Assembly (NCBI GenBank): GCA_903913285.1
Contig: CAIWKO010000036.1
Location: 142,691 to 206,690, forward strand
Direction: 5' to 3'
DNA length: 64,000 nucleotides
Origin: an uncultured Bacteroidales bacterium
GTDB taxonomy: Bacteria; Bacteroidota; Bacteroidia; Bacteroidales; CAIWKO01
Below are positions 17,247 through 26,680 of this stretch, piece by piece (the first letter of the stretch is position 1; every line of letters begins with the position of its first letter). A program made the position numbers and the translations under genes. Below the pieces are notes generated by a model, which had not been told where the DNA came from, made no database searches, and worked only from the letters and a program-made list of their open reading frames with translations.

Positions 17247-18176
17247 TCAAATGCATTTCAGCCTCAATCGACTCATACGAATATCCGTAACCGTGCATTT
17301 TATTTTACTTCCTACCTGCATATCGGCTTTGCCCGTATCGGGGCAATCGGCGAAATATTCTTTTTCGGAGCCATCGTTCACTATCAGCAGGGTGATATTT
17401 TTACCGAATTCGTTGGTATGGTTTTCGGTGCCCGATAATAAAAAGTCGTAGGCCTCTCCTATTGTATATTTGGGATGCAGGGGTTCCAGATAGTGGCGAA
17501 AACGCAAAGACGACCCTATAACCCTGCACGAAATGGTGTCGCCCGCACCGAAACCATAATCTGCAAAATACTTCCTGCGCAGAAAATGTATGAAGCCTTG
17601 CTCGTCTTCAACCCTGTAATATTCGTCCTTGTCGGAGAGTGTTACGATATCTTTCACCACGAAGGGATATACTTTTCCGGCTTCGAGTTCGGGTGTTTCG
17701 GGCTGTCCATCAACTATTGTCAGATAGAGCTTCCCTTTTTTTATACGCTCAACCCTGCAGGCAACATGAGTTTTGGTTGATTTTCCGCCATCGATAGTGC
17801 TGTTCACAAAAACTTCCCGGTTCCAGCAATCTTTCAGTATCAAAAGTGTTTCGGTGTTAAATAGTGAGTTCACAATATTCTTTTTGCGTACTATTGGGAA
17901 CTCGTATATGCGGCCTTCTTTATAGAATGGATGTTCGGGTTCTAAAAATATTTTCCCCGAACAATTTATCTTGTCGATGCGGCAATTGATGGTTTCGCCC
18001 ACAAGGAGGTTGTATCTGACAAAAGGCTGCTTTTTCATCAGATGTTTTGAATTGAATTTGCTTTGCAAAATAAAAAAGGCTTCGTTGTCGGGAGGCAACC
18101 CGACTTCGCCAGTTATCAAAAACGGATATATCTGCCCTTCTTCAAAGAAATACGACGAGCCGGCACGCATAAACAA
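17247..18176 (-). CDS. Hypothetical protein with four internal ~70-aa repeats (G-x-[IV]-Y-x-F motif)
   Basis: GQIYPFLITG, GRIYEFPIVR, GKVYPFVVKD and GEAYDFLLSG at regular spacing. Starts 3 nt after the GH57 stop, apparently the last gene of the glycogen operon. Confidence 0.55.
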   Translation of the reverse strand: MFMRAGSSYFFEEGQIYPFLITGEVGLPPDNEAFFILQSKFNSKHLMKKQPFVRYNLLVGETINCRIDKINCSGKIFLEPEHPFYKEGRIYEFPIVRKKNIVNSLFNTETLLILKDCWNREVFVNSTIDGGKSTKTHVACRVERIKKGKLYLTIVDGQPETPELEAGKVYPFVVKDIVTLSDKDEYYRVEDEQGFIHFLRRKYFADYGFGAGDTISCRVIGSSLRFRHYLEPLHPKYTIGEAYDFLLSGTENHTNEFGKNITLLIVNDGSEKEYFADCPDTGKADMQVGSKIKCTVTDIRMSRLRLKCI

Positions 18177-18179
18177 TAA

Positions 18180-19763
18180 TTAATTCTTCGAATACGATTC
18201 CAGATACTCTTTAACTTTTAGCACAATATCCTGCCTTGCTTTTTCGATATCCGCTTCCGTGTATGGATGTTCGGAAAATACCAGACTGTTGAATTCCTTA
18301 AGTTGCAATTTGCCTAAATACACAACCAAAGCTTTGCGGATTTTGGGTTCGATACCCACAAGTGCATGATAAAGCGTGAGTACATCAAAATCCTTAGCCA
18401 GATTTCGTAAACCTGTTTTATTGAGCTTCAGGATATGTTCCATCTTGACATTTACAATTCTTTTTTTAGGAACTTTTAGTTGCACAGGCTTTTTTATGGT
18501 TGCAACAGCTTTTTGGGTTTTTACGGGGGCAATTTCAGAATTTAAAGGTTCAACAGCTTTTTCGACATAATTTACCGGATGAAAATCTTTCAAACGGATC
18601 ATAAAATCGCTCAACACGTTCATGTAGTTGATGTATGCTTCGTAGGGCGTGTTATACGGATTGAAATATTTATGCACATCTCCGTCGGAGAACCATTTGG
18701 TACACATATAATAAAAATGATCGCTGGTTTGAAGATATTTCCAGTCGAGTTGTATCTGATCGTCGGGTGTATCTTTCACGATATTTTCGAGATCATACAG
18801 ATGATTGAACGCATCGTCCTGCAGTTCATTTCCGAGCCATGCCGTGAGGTCGCGTTCTTCGTCGGCCCACGAAATGGGGTACGGCACATGAATTTCGGCA
18901 ACAGGTTGAAGTTTTTCGGATAGTTCGGACGGTGTGTAGAAACCATAGTTTGAATTTGCAAATACCTGCCCCGGCAAAGCTTTCATAAATTCAAATATTC
19001 CGGTTTCAGTCCATTGATGTTCGCCGAAAGTTTCGTAATCCATAAAAAGGTTAACAGTTTCCTGAGCAGGATCTACATTGTTCAGCCAGCCAACAAATTT
19101 TTCGGTTGTCAGCGGCCATCCGTCCCAGCTTTGCTGCGAAAACCTGAAAGCGATATCATCGCTCAGCATAAAGTTCTTTAATAAAACTTTCAGTTTGGGG
19201 TTGATAGCGTTGCAATACATAAAATTCGGGCTTTTCCAGCCTAATACATGCTTGGCGCCTTCGGTCAATATGGTTTTGAAACCCATCTCGGCCACCATCT
19301 CTCCTATGCCGTCAGAATATATCAACTCGGTGTTACGAAAAGTGGTTGGCACTTTTTTAAAATACCTGATCACCTTTTCTTTTTGCGCTTCTGCCTGACG
19401 GAAAAATTCTGCCTTGCTTTTTAATGCAGATAACGAGTGGGAATAGGTTTCGGCAATAAACTCCACACAACCTGTTTCGGCCAAAGCAATAAAACTGTCG
19501 AGCACATCGGGAGTGTAGCGTTCAAACTGGTCGATAACGGTTCCCGAAAGCGAAAAGCTTACCTTAAATGCCGGTCCGAATTCTTTGATTAGGTTCAGCA
19601 AAACCTTATTCATCGGTAAATAGCATTTGTCGGCAATACGCCTAAGGATATAACGGTTTCGGTACTCGTCAAAATAGTAATGATCGGTCCCAATATCGAA
19701 AAAACGGTAGGTTTTTAACCGAAAAGGTTGATGTACCTGAAAATAAAAACAGATCGATCTCAT
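18180..19763 (-). CDS. Glycoside hydrolase family 57 (alpha-amylase/branching-type)
   Basis: N-terminus MRSICFYFQVHQPFRLKTYRFFDIG plus ETFGEHQW, typical of GH57. Sits in the conserved Bacteroidota cluster with GT4 and the debranching enzyme. Confidence 0.8.
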   Translation of the reverse strand: MRSICFYFQVHQPFRLKTYRFFDIGTDHYYFDEYRNRYILRRIADKCYLPMNKVLLNLIKEFGPAFKVSFSLSGTVIDQFERYTPDVLDSFIALAETGCVEFIAETYSHSLSALKSKAEFFRQAEAQKEKVIRYFKKVPTTFRNTELIYSDGIGEMVAEMGFKTILTEGAKHVLGWKSPNFMYCNAINPKLKVLLKNFMLSDDIAFRFSQQSWDGWPLTTEKFVGWLNNVDPAQETVNLFMDYETFGEHQWTETGIFEFMKALPGQVFANSNYGFYTPSELSEKLQPVAEIHVPYPISWADEERDLTAWLGNELQDDAFNHLYDLENIVKDTPDDQIQLDWKYLQTSDHFYYMCTKWFSDGDVHKYFNPYNTPYEAYINYMNVLSDFMIRLKDFHPVNYVEKAVEPLNSEIAPVKTQKAVATIKKPVQLKVPKKRIVNVKMEHILKLNKTGLRNLAKDFDVLTLYHALVGIEPKIRKALVVYLGKLQLKEFNSLVFSEHPYTEADIEKARQDIVLKVKEYLESYSKN

Positions 19764-19814
19764 AGTATGAATTATTTCTGAATAATTAGTTTTTTATAAA
19801 TCATTTTTTGAAAA

Positions 19815-19844
19815 CAGAATTCAGGAGTAAGAAGTCAGAATGGC
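19815..19844. repeat. Heptamer array (CAGAATT CAGGAGT AAGAAGT CAGAATGG), left arm of the inverted repeat around the four-helix-bundle ORF
   Basis: Read directly. It overlaps the stop codon and the last 7 codons (AILTSYS*) of the ORF. Confidence 0.85.
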
Positions 19845-20189
19845 CTTTGAATAGGCTTCTATTAATTTACTCACTTCTTCCATATCCTCAAATAAATTGT
19901 TATTATTACCGTAATCTAAATCTTTTGCTAGAATTAAATAATACCTGCATTCTTCTAGCGAACCCTGTGCAATATTCAAAAATCGTATTTTATCAGGTTT
20001 TCCTCTTTTTTTAAATCCTTCAGCAATATTTGCAGGAATTGATATAATGGCTCTTCTTAATTGTGACGTTAATCCAAACATTTCTTTTCGTGGAAATGCT
20101 TCACTAAAATTATAAATTGATATAACTAACTGATGAGACTTTTGCCAGACAATCAAATCTTGAAAACTTTTTGCAGGTATATTTGCCAT
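19821..20189 (-). CDS. Four-helix-bundle protein (23S rRNA intervening-sequence protein / S23p / Avd-like family)
   Basis: 122 aa. FQDLIVWQKSHQLVISIY...FPRKEMFGLTSQLRRAIISIPANIAEGFKKR...RFLNIAQGSLEECRYYLILAKDL is the family pattern as I recall it (W.K...L...IY....FP..E.....Q.RRA..S...NIAEG......D...F..IA.GS..E....L.L). Confidence 0.8.
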   Translation of the reverse strand: MANIPAKSFQDLIVWQKSHQLVISIYNFSEAFPRKEMFGLTSQLRRAIISIPANIAEGFKKRGKPDKIRFLNIAQGSLEECRYYLILAKDLDYGNNNNLFEDMEEVSKLIEAYSKAILTSYS

Positions 20190-20215
20190 ATTCTGTATTC
20201 TTTATTCTTTATTCT
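20185..20215. repeat. Heptamer array (ATTCTGT ATTCTTT ATTCTTT ATTCT), right arm of the inverted repeat around the four-helix-bundle ORF
   Basis: Read directly. It abuts and includes the ATG (20187-20189). Confidence 0.85.
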
Positions 20216-20224
20216 AAATAAAAT

Positions 20225-21514
20225 TTATTTCCCATTCAATAAGCTGTAATAAACATTTTTAACATGATTGGCGGCATTATCCCATTTCAGGTTATCCACC
20301 TCTTCTTTTCCGTATTTGCGGAACATCACTGACAAGGCATCGTAATGCAGCAATCCATAAATGGCATCGGCCATAGCGTCAATGTCCCAGAAATCAATTT
20401 TAAGAGCGTATTTCAGCACTTCCGATACTCCGGACTGTTTTGAAATAACTACCGGCACATTTGAGCGCATGGCTTCCAGAGGCGATATGCCAAATGGCTC
20501 CGAAACCGAAGGCATTACATACACATCGCTCAGGGCAAACATTTTATCTACTTCTTCGCCCTGCAGAAAGCCCGTGAAATGGAAATAGGGCGAAATGCGC
20601 AACTGCGCCACCCTTCGTATCATTTTAAACATCATATCGCCCGAACCGGCCATCACAAAACGAACATTCTTATCTCTTTCAATAACTTTATTTGCAGCTT
20701 CAACAAAATAATCGGGGCCTTTCTGAAACGTGATACGCCCTAGAAATGTAACTACCTTTTCTTTTACATTTTTCGCAACTTCCATAGCTTCGCCGCTTTC
20801 GGTAGGTTCAACGGCATTATGAACCGTAAAAACCTTATCGGGATCGATGCCATAGCGGTTGATCACAATATCGCGGGTGTAGTTGCTCACGGTGATGACT
20901 GCATCGGCAGCTTCCATTCCTTTACGTTCTATATCGTATACATTTTGATTCACATTTTCGCCCGAACGGTCGAATTCTGTTGCATGCATATGCACTACCA
21001 AGGGCTTACCGCTTACTTTTTTGGCTGCAATACCTGCAGGATACGTTAGCCAGTCGTGGGCATGGATTACATCGAACTGCTGCGAATTAGCGATGGCCGA
21101 TGCCACCAAAGCATAACGGGTAACTTCTTCCATCAGATTTTTGCCATATTTGCCCGAAAAGGTATACGATTTTGAAAAGACTATGGTCTCTGAATCCGTT
21201 TTATCATATTCTTTTTTAGATACAAAATTTTCGAACTCTTCTTCGCCCATATAGGGAACAAGGTTTGAGCCGATCTCTATATAGGTAAGCTGTTTCCAAT
21301 ATTCCTGATAAATGGAATTTGAAAAATCGATATTCACATCGCTGGCGTTGATGAGCCTCACAGCTTCCTGACTTTCGTCGCCATAGGCCTTTGGCACTAC
21401 AAAAAGCACTTCTACCCCATGTTTCAAAAGTCCTTTGGTAAGCCCGAAACAGGCAGTACCTAGTCCTCCGGTTATATGTGGCGGAAATTCCCAACCAAAC
21501 ATCAGTACTTTCAT
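20225..21514 (-). CDS. Glycosyltransferase family 4/5 (glycogen-synthase-like)
   Basis: MKVLMFGWEFPPHITGGLGTACFGL N-terminus and E-x7-E region (PSVSEPFGISPLEAM). Lies between the debranching enzyme and GH57 genes. Confidence 0.8.
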   Translation of the reverse strand: MKVLMFGWEFPPHITGGLGTACFGLTKGLLKHGVEVLFVVPKAYGDESQEAVRLINASDVNIDFSNSIYQEYWKQLTYIEIGSNLVPYMGEEEFENFVSKKEYDKTDSETIVFSKSYTFSGKYGKNLMEEVTRYALVASAIANSQQFDVIHAHDWLTYPAGIAAKKVSGKPLVVHMHATEFDRSGENVNQNVYDIERKGMEAADAVITVSNYTRDIVINRYGIDPDKVFTVHNAVEPTESGEAMEVAKNVKEKVVTFLGRITFQKGPDYFVEAANKVIERDKNVRFVMAGSGDMMFKMIRRVAQLRISPYFHFTGFLQGEEVDKMFALSDVYVMPSVSEPFGISPLEAMRSNVPVVISKQSGVSEVLKYALKIDFWDIDAMADAIYGLLHYDALSVMFRKYGKEEVDNLKWDNAANHVKNVYYSLLNGK

Positions 21515-21529
21515 ACAGTAACTTTCATT

Positions 21530-23485
21530 TTATAATGAATTATTTTTATAATAATCTATCAGATAATCGATGCGCAGCAATTCGGCCACGCTCCATGCCT
21601 GCGAAGGAGCTCCGCCGGGTTTATGAGGCGGATCGCCGTCGTAAACTTCGGAAACGGAACCAATGCCGTGTTCGAACATCACCGGTTCGAAATTGTTATA
21701 CAGGCGCTGCACATGAGCAATGCCGCCTTTGCCGTGTATCTTCAAATAACCTTCCACATAATGTCCGAGCAGCCAGGGCCACACTGTGCCCTGATGGTAG
21801 GCCGAATCGCGGGTCATCATATCGCCTTCATAAACACCTTTATATTCTGACGATTTGGGCGATAAGGTGCGGATGCCTCTCGGGGTGAGCAGTTCGCGTT
21901 CGGTTATGTCGAGTATGAGTTTTCGTATTTGCTCGCTTACCGGACTGTATGGCAAAGAAGCAGCAAACAGCTGGTTCGGCCTTACCGACCAATCTTTATA
22001 GTCTTCAAACACATAATCACACAAATAGCCTTTATCTTTGTTCCAAAAGGTTTCTTTAAACGCTGCCGGAATTGTGCATGATATTTCATTCCAATCGTTC
22101 AGGAATTCTTCGTCTCCGGCCAATTTAGCAACTTCTATGGAGAACATCACTGCATTATACCACAACGCATTTATTTCAACATCCAGCCCTATGCGGGGCG
22201 TTACGGCTTTATCAAAAACAACTGCATCCATCCAGGTAAGAGCTTTACCGGGTTCTCCGGCATAGATCAACCCGTTTTCCTGCATTTTGATATTGTATTG
22301 GCAACCATTACGGTAGCCGTATAATATCAGTTTCATCTTTTCGCCGTATTCATTCCATATCTGCGCTTGGGTTTGGGTATGAGCAGCATATTTTTGTAGA
22401 GCCCAAAAGAACCAAAGAGGAGCATCGACTGAATTATAGGCTGTGTTATCGCCGTTGCCCAAATTAGGAAACAAGGGTCCTTTCAATTCCGATATCATCG
22501 TGTCGATAACCGACTTACAGGTTTTATCGTCACCAAGAGTTAAGGTTAAACCCGGCAAGGAAATAAAGGTGTCGCGTCCCCAACGACCAAACCAGGGGAA
22601 ACCGGCTATAACTTCTGTTTTATTGTTTTTATGCACAAAGAACTGTTGTGCCGAATTGACCAAGCAGTTCTTGTAGCTATCGCGGGGCAACCTCCGTTTA
22701 ACTTCATTGGCATATATCGTTTCGAGCAACATCGGGTCGACTTCTTCCAAGCCGGCCGAGAAAATAATGCTTTCACCTTTTTCGATCGGTATTTCGAAAA
22801 AGCCCGGCACATACAAATCTTCCAGATAATCGTAGCCGCGCTCTTTCTCTTCTTTATATTCTATGTTGTAATACCAATGCGGAACATGGGTGTATTCAGT
22901 CTCTTTCGAGAATTGCATATAAACATTTGAATAGCCTTCGTACATTTTGCAGATAATACCGTTTGGGGCATCTTTATAACGGGTATCGTTGTCGATATTT
23001 GCTTTGGTGAGGCTGTGCATGTTGCGGAATGCCAGAAAAGGTTTAAACTTCAGTTTGGTGGGCGAATTGGCTTCTTCCAGAGTGTATTTTATCAACACCC
23101 TGTCGCTTTCGATAGAGAACAGCATTTCTTTGGCCAGAATAACGCCTCCGACTCTGTAACGGATCTTGGGTATGGGGTCGGTGATGATTTCGCGGACGTA
23201 TTTATGGCCTTTGGGATTGAAAACACCCGGTTTATATTGATGTATCCCCAGATTGAATTCGGCTTCGTGCTGTATAATGGTTTCGTCGAGGGTAGATAAC
23301 AACACGTGGTTGCCCTCGTCGACATGCGGCTGCGGGGCTATCAGCAAACCATGATATTTGCGGGTGTTGCAGCCAATAATGGTGGTGGTTGCAAAAGCTC
23401 CTGCCCTGTTCGATCTGATGAACTCTCTGCTTAATGAAAACTCAAGATTCACAAGCTGTTCTTTATCAAATTTAATATAACTCAT
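21530..23485 (-). CDS. Glycogen debranching enzyme (N-terminal GDE domain plus amylo-alpha-1,6-glucosidase)
   Basis: 651 aa. REFIRSNRAGAFATTTIIGCNTRKYHGLL N-terminal motif and C-terminal (alpha/alpha)6 region with GFPWFGRWGRDTFISL and HQGTVWPWLLG. Confidence 0.8.
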   Translation of the reverse strand: MSYIKFDKEQLVNLEFSLSREFIRSNRAGAFATTTIIGCNTRKYHGLLIAPQPHVDEGNHVLLSTLDETIIQHEAEFNLGIHQYKPGVFNPKGHKYVREIITDPIPKIRYRVGGVILAKEMLFSIESDRVLIKYTLEEANSPTKLKFKPFLAFRNMHSLTKANIDNDTRYKDAPNGIICKMYEGYSNVYMQFSKETEYTHVPHWYYNIEYKEEKERGYDYLEDLYVPGFFEIPIEKGESIIFSAGLEEVDPMLLETIYANEVKRRLPRDSYKNCLVNSAQQFFVHKNNKTEVIAGFPWFGRWGRDTFISLPGLTLTLGDDKTCKSVIDTMISELKGPLFPNLGNGDNTAYNSVDAPLWFFWALQKYAAHTQTQAQIWNEYGEKMKLILYGYRNGCQYNIKMQENGLIYAGEPGKALTWMDAVVFDKAVTPRIGLDVEINALWYNAVMFSIEVAKLAGDEEFLNDWNEISCTIPAAFKETFWNKDKGYLCDYVFEDYKDWSVRPNQLFAASLPYSPVSEQIRKLILDITERELLTPRGIRTLSPKSSEYKGVYEGDMMTRDSAYHQGTVWPWLLGHYVEGYLKIHGKGGIAHVQRLYNNFEPVMFEHGIGSVSEVYDGDPPHKPGGAPSQAWSVAELLRIDYLIDYYKNNSL

Positions 23486-23663
23486 TTTTAATAACTAAAA
23501 CATTATTATTGCAATGTACGCATTTTTTTATTTCTACAAATATATAATTAATCAGAGACTTGTACGTTAATATGAGTAAATTTAATGTTATCTTAATTTA
23601 GAAGCAGTATTGATTTTTCGATAAATCGCTTTATTTCATTGCTTTAGGAGGTTTTTTGCGATT

Positions 23664-23694
23664 TTTGCATATTTGATGAGAACCTGTATATTTG
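23664..23694 (+). promoter_or_regulatory. Consensus Bacteroidota sigma-A promoter (TTTG-N19-TATATTTG)
   Basis: TTTG at 23664-23667, a 19-nt spacer, then TATATTTG at 23687-23694. This is 22 nt upstream of ATG 23717. Confidence 0.55.
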
Positions 23695-23707
23695 CAAAAC
23701 ATTTTTA

Positions 23708-25192
23708 GTGCACCGCATGAGAATACGAACATATATTTTACTTTTTACAGCTCTTTTTATCAGCGTGTCGGTTTTCTTTTCGTGCAGAAAAGATAAGTCG
23801 TTCAATTCTGATCCGTCGGTTAAGCTCATTCTCTCGTCGGAAAGTATACTTTTCGATACTGTTTTCACCACGGTGGGTTCCACTACCAAAATGTTTTATG
23901 TAAAAAACCCTACCAGCGATAAGATCATGATATCGTCGGTGCGTTTGGCCGAAGGATCGTCATCCAATTTCAGCATGAACGTTGACGGCACAGCGGGCGT
24001 GAAAGTTGATAACGTCGAGATACTGCCCAACGACAGCATTTTTATTTTTGTAAAAGTAACGGTCGATCCGCAGAACAGCAATACGCCCATGGTGATTAAA
24101 GACTCGATATTGTTCGACCTGAACGGCAATGAACAAAATGTGAAACTTACCGCCTGGGGACAGGATGCGCATTATATTGTTGCCGACAAAGTGTTTCAGG
24201 GAAGTTTGAAATATAAGATCGTTGCGGCCGAAAACCAAAATGTGACATGGCCGAATGATAAGCCCTATCTGGTATACGGATACGCGGTTATTGATTCAAC
24301 CGGGCAACTGAACATCGATCCGGGCTGCCGCATACATTTCTATACCAATTCGGGTATGTGGGTGTATAAGGGCGGTTCGCTGAAGGTGAACGGCAGCATG
24401 GCCGAACCCGTGACATTTCAGGGAAGCAGGCTCGAATCGGCCTACAGCGATGTTCCCGGACAATGGGACAGGATTTTGATAGACGAAGGTTCGCTCGACA
24501 ACGTGTTCAACTACGCGGTGATCAAGAACGGCTTTATCGGTATACAGGCAGAAACCGAAGCTGCTGCCATGGGCAACCGCCTTATCATTAATAATACCAT
24601 TATCAAAAACATGACAGGCATTGGCCTGCTCAGCCGTTTTTATAAGATCATAGCAGCCAACAGCGTGTTTGCCAACTGCGGCGGCTATGCCGTGGGCATT
24701 ACCACAGGCGGCACCTACGATTTCAGGCACTGCACGCTGGGCAATTACTGGAGTTACTCTACGCGCCAAACTCCGGCGCTGGTGGTTACCAACTATTATA
24801 AGGATATGGTCAACGATGTTATCTATAGCGGCAATCTCGATTCGTGCTATTTTGGCAATTGTATCATTTACGGTAGCAATGCCGAAGAATTATCGCTCGA
24901 CAGCACCGTGGATGCTACCTATAACTACAAATTCGACCACTGCCTTATAAAAAGCGATGCAGGGCATTATTCGGTGAATTTTGTTAGTTGCAACTATGGT
25001 TCCGATCCGAATTTCAAAAACACTTCGATGAACGATTACAGGCTTATGCCGGGCTCGGGAGCTATTGATGTTGGCGATATCAACATTCTTTATGGCTCCT
25101 CATTGTATCTGAATCTGATTAATGACATTTTGGGCAATAACCGCACGGTTAACCCTCCGCCCGATCTGGGAGCTTATGATTACAGACCCTGA
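23708..25192 (+). CDS. Lipoprotein with probable right-handed beta-helix repeats (hypothetical)
   Basis: The track start is GTG. The more likely start is ATG 23717 (MRIRTYILLFTALFISVSVFFSC, lipobox). The central region has repetitive G/N-rich beta-helix-like segments (IINNTIIKNMTGIGL..., FANCGGYAVGI). Confidence 0.6.
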   Translation: MHRMRIRTYILLFTALFISVSVFFSCRKDKSFNSDPSVKLILSSESILFDTVFTTVGSTTKMFYVKNPTSDKIMISSVRLAEGSSSNFSMNVDGTAGVKVDNVEILPNDSIFIFVKVTVDPQNSNTPMVIKDSILFDLNGNEQNVKLTAWGQDAHYIVADKVFQGSLKYKIVAAENQNVTWPNDKPYLVYGYAVIDSTGQLNIDPGCRIHFYTNSGMWVYKGGSLKVNGSMAEPVTFQGSRLESAYSDVPGQWDRILIDEGSLDNVFNYAVIKNGFIGIQAETEAAAMGNRLIINNTIIKNMTGIGLLSRFYKIIAANSVFANCGGYAVGITTGGTYDFRHCTLGNYWSYSTRQTPALVVTNYYKDMVNDVIYSGNLDSCYFGNCIIYGSNAEELSLDSTVDATYNYKFDHCLIKSDAGHYSVNFVSCNYGSDPNFKNTSMNDYRLMPGSGAIDVGDINILYGSSLYLNLINDILGNNRTVNPPPDLGAYDYRP

Positions 25193-25252
25193 CCTACTTA
25201 ATACATTTGCTTTATTGAATAAAAGTGTATTTTTGTTCAACAAGAGCAAAAG

Positions 25253-26674
25253 ATGAGTTTTTACAACTTCGTTTCAAAAAATACCTACGGGCGCATTGTT
25301 GCAGGCGGTTTGTATTTTATTGTAACAGTTCTCATTTTATCGTGGGTTGCTTTTTACAACAAGTTTCCTTTGTTATACTCCGATTCCGGAACCTATCTCA
25401 GTGCCTCAACAAGTTTGTTTCCGCCTGTCGACAGAGTGATAGGCTATAGCTTTTTCATCCGTTGGGTTACCTGGCAAGCCACAACATGGACCATAGTGCT
25501 GTTTCAAAATCTTATCATCAGCTTTATCATCTTCATGTTTCTGAAACTCTTTTTCAAGAGCAAGCAACTTTTCGTATTTCATTTTATTTCTATTGTTGTT
25601 TTAGCGCTGTCGTCGACCCTATGCTGGTTCTCGTGCCAGATCATGCCCGATATTTTCACCCCTGCATTGGTTCTGACCCTTATTGTGTTTTTGGTTTCGG
25701 AGCACATCCATAAAGTTACTTTTTTAGTGTACCTGTTTCTTTTGTTTGTTTTTATCATATCACATTTAAGCAATGTTATTTTAATTTTCTTCCTTTTGGG
25801 AAGCATCATCATTTTTTGCCTTATCAAAAGAAAGCCGAAAGAAATATACGCCAGGATTAAGCGCCGGTCATACATGTTGCTGCTGCTGGGAGTTTTCTCC
25901 GTACTTTTCATCATGACGTATAATTACACTCATACGCGGGGTTTCAGAACATCTACCTCAACCAATATCTTTCTGGTAGCAAAATTCGATAATACTGGCT
26001 TGTTAAAGATGTATCTGGACGATAATTGCCATACCAATACGGAATGTGTGCTGTGCAAGTATAAAGACAGCCTTCCGACCAGCTCCGACGCTTTTTTGTG
26101 GGGTAGCCGTAGCCCGTTATACAGTTATAAAGAGCCCAATAATATTGACAGCTCGTGGAGCAAAGCTGATGCGCTTTATGCGCCCATTGTGAGCGATATT
26201 CTCCACACTCCCAAGTATTATCCCAAATTGATAAAAGATGCTATTTACGGAACCCTTATTGAGCTGGTGAGCCTCAGGATGAAAACATGGGAGGTTGCTT
26301 TCCGTAAAAACTCTGCTCCTTATTATGCCTACAGGGATAAATTCAGCAACGAACTGGAGAGTTTTACCAACAGTCTGCAAAATAATAACAAACTGCACTT
26401 TGAGGTGTGGGAAATGGTCAACAGAATTGCTGTGATTATTTCATTGATCGTGATAGTTTGCGGGATGCTGTATGTAAAACCGGATTTTGTGCTTTACGTT
26501 TCAACAGCAATAATAATGATGGGTATACTCTTTAATGCTTTTATCACGTCAACACTGGCAGTGATTGACGACCGTTATCAATCGCGCATTGTTTGGCTGA
26601 TACCCATGCTCGGAATAGTTTATTGCATTAAAATTGTTGAGAAGTTCGTTGCCATAAGGCAAAAAACCAAATAA
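25253..26674 (+). CDS. Polytopic inner-membrane protein (hypothetical; possibly glycosyltransferase-like)
   Basis: 473 aa with about 9-10 hydrophobic segments and a large loop in the C-terminal half. No motif recognised. Confidence 0.55.
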   Translation: MSFYNFVSKNTYGRIVAGGLYFIVTVLILSWVAFYNKFPLLYSDSGTYLSASTSLFPPVDRVIGYSFFIRWVTWQATTWTIVLFQNLIISFIIFMFLKLFFKSKQLFVFHFISIVVLALSSTLCWFSCQIMPDIFTPALVLTLIVFLVSEHIHKVTFLVYLFLLFVFIISHLSNVILIFFLLGSIIIFCLIKRKPKEIYARIKRRSYMLLLLGVFSVLFIMTYNYTHTRGFRTSTSTNIFLVAKFDNTGLLKMYLDDNCHTNTECVLCKYKDSLPTSSDAFLWGSRSPLYSYKEPNNIDSSWSKADALYAPIVSDILHTPKYYPKLIKDAIYGTLIELVSLRMKTWEVAFRKNSAPYYAYRDKFSNELESFTNSLQNNNKLHFEVWEMVNRIAVIISLIVIVCGMLYVKPDFVLYVSTAIIMMGILFNAFITSTLAVIDDRYQSRIVWLIPMLGIVYCIKIVEKFVAIRQKTK

Positions 26675-26680
26675 ACCCTA

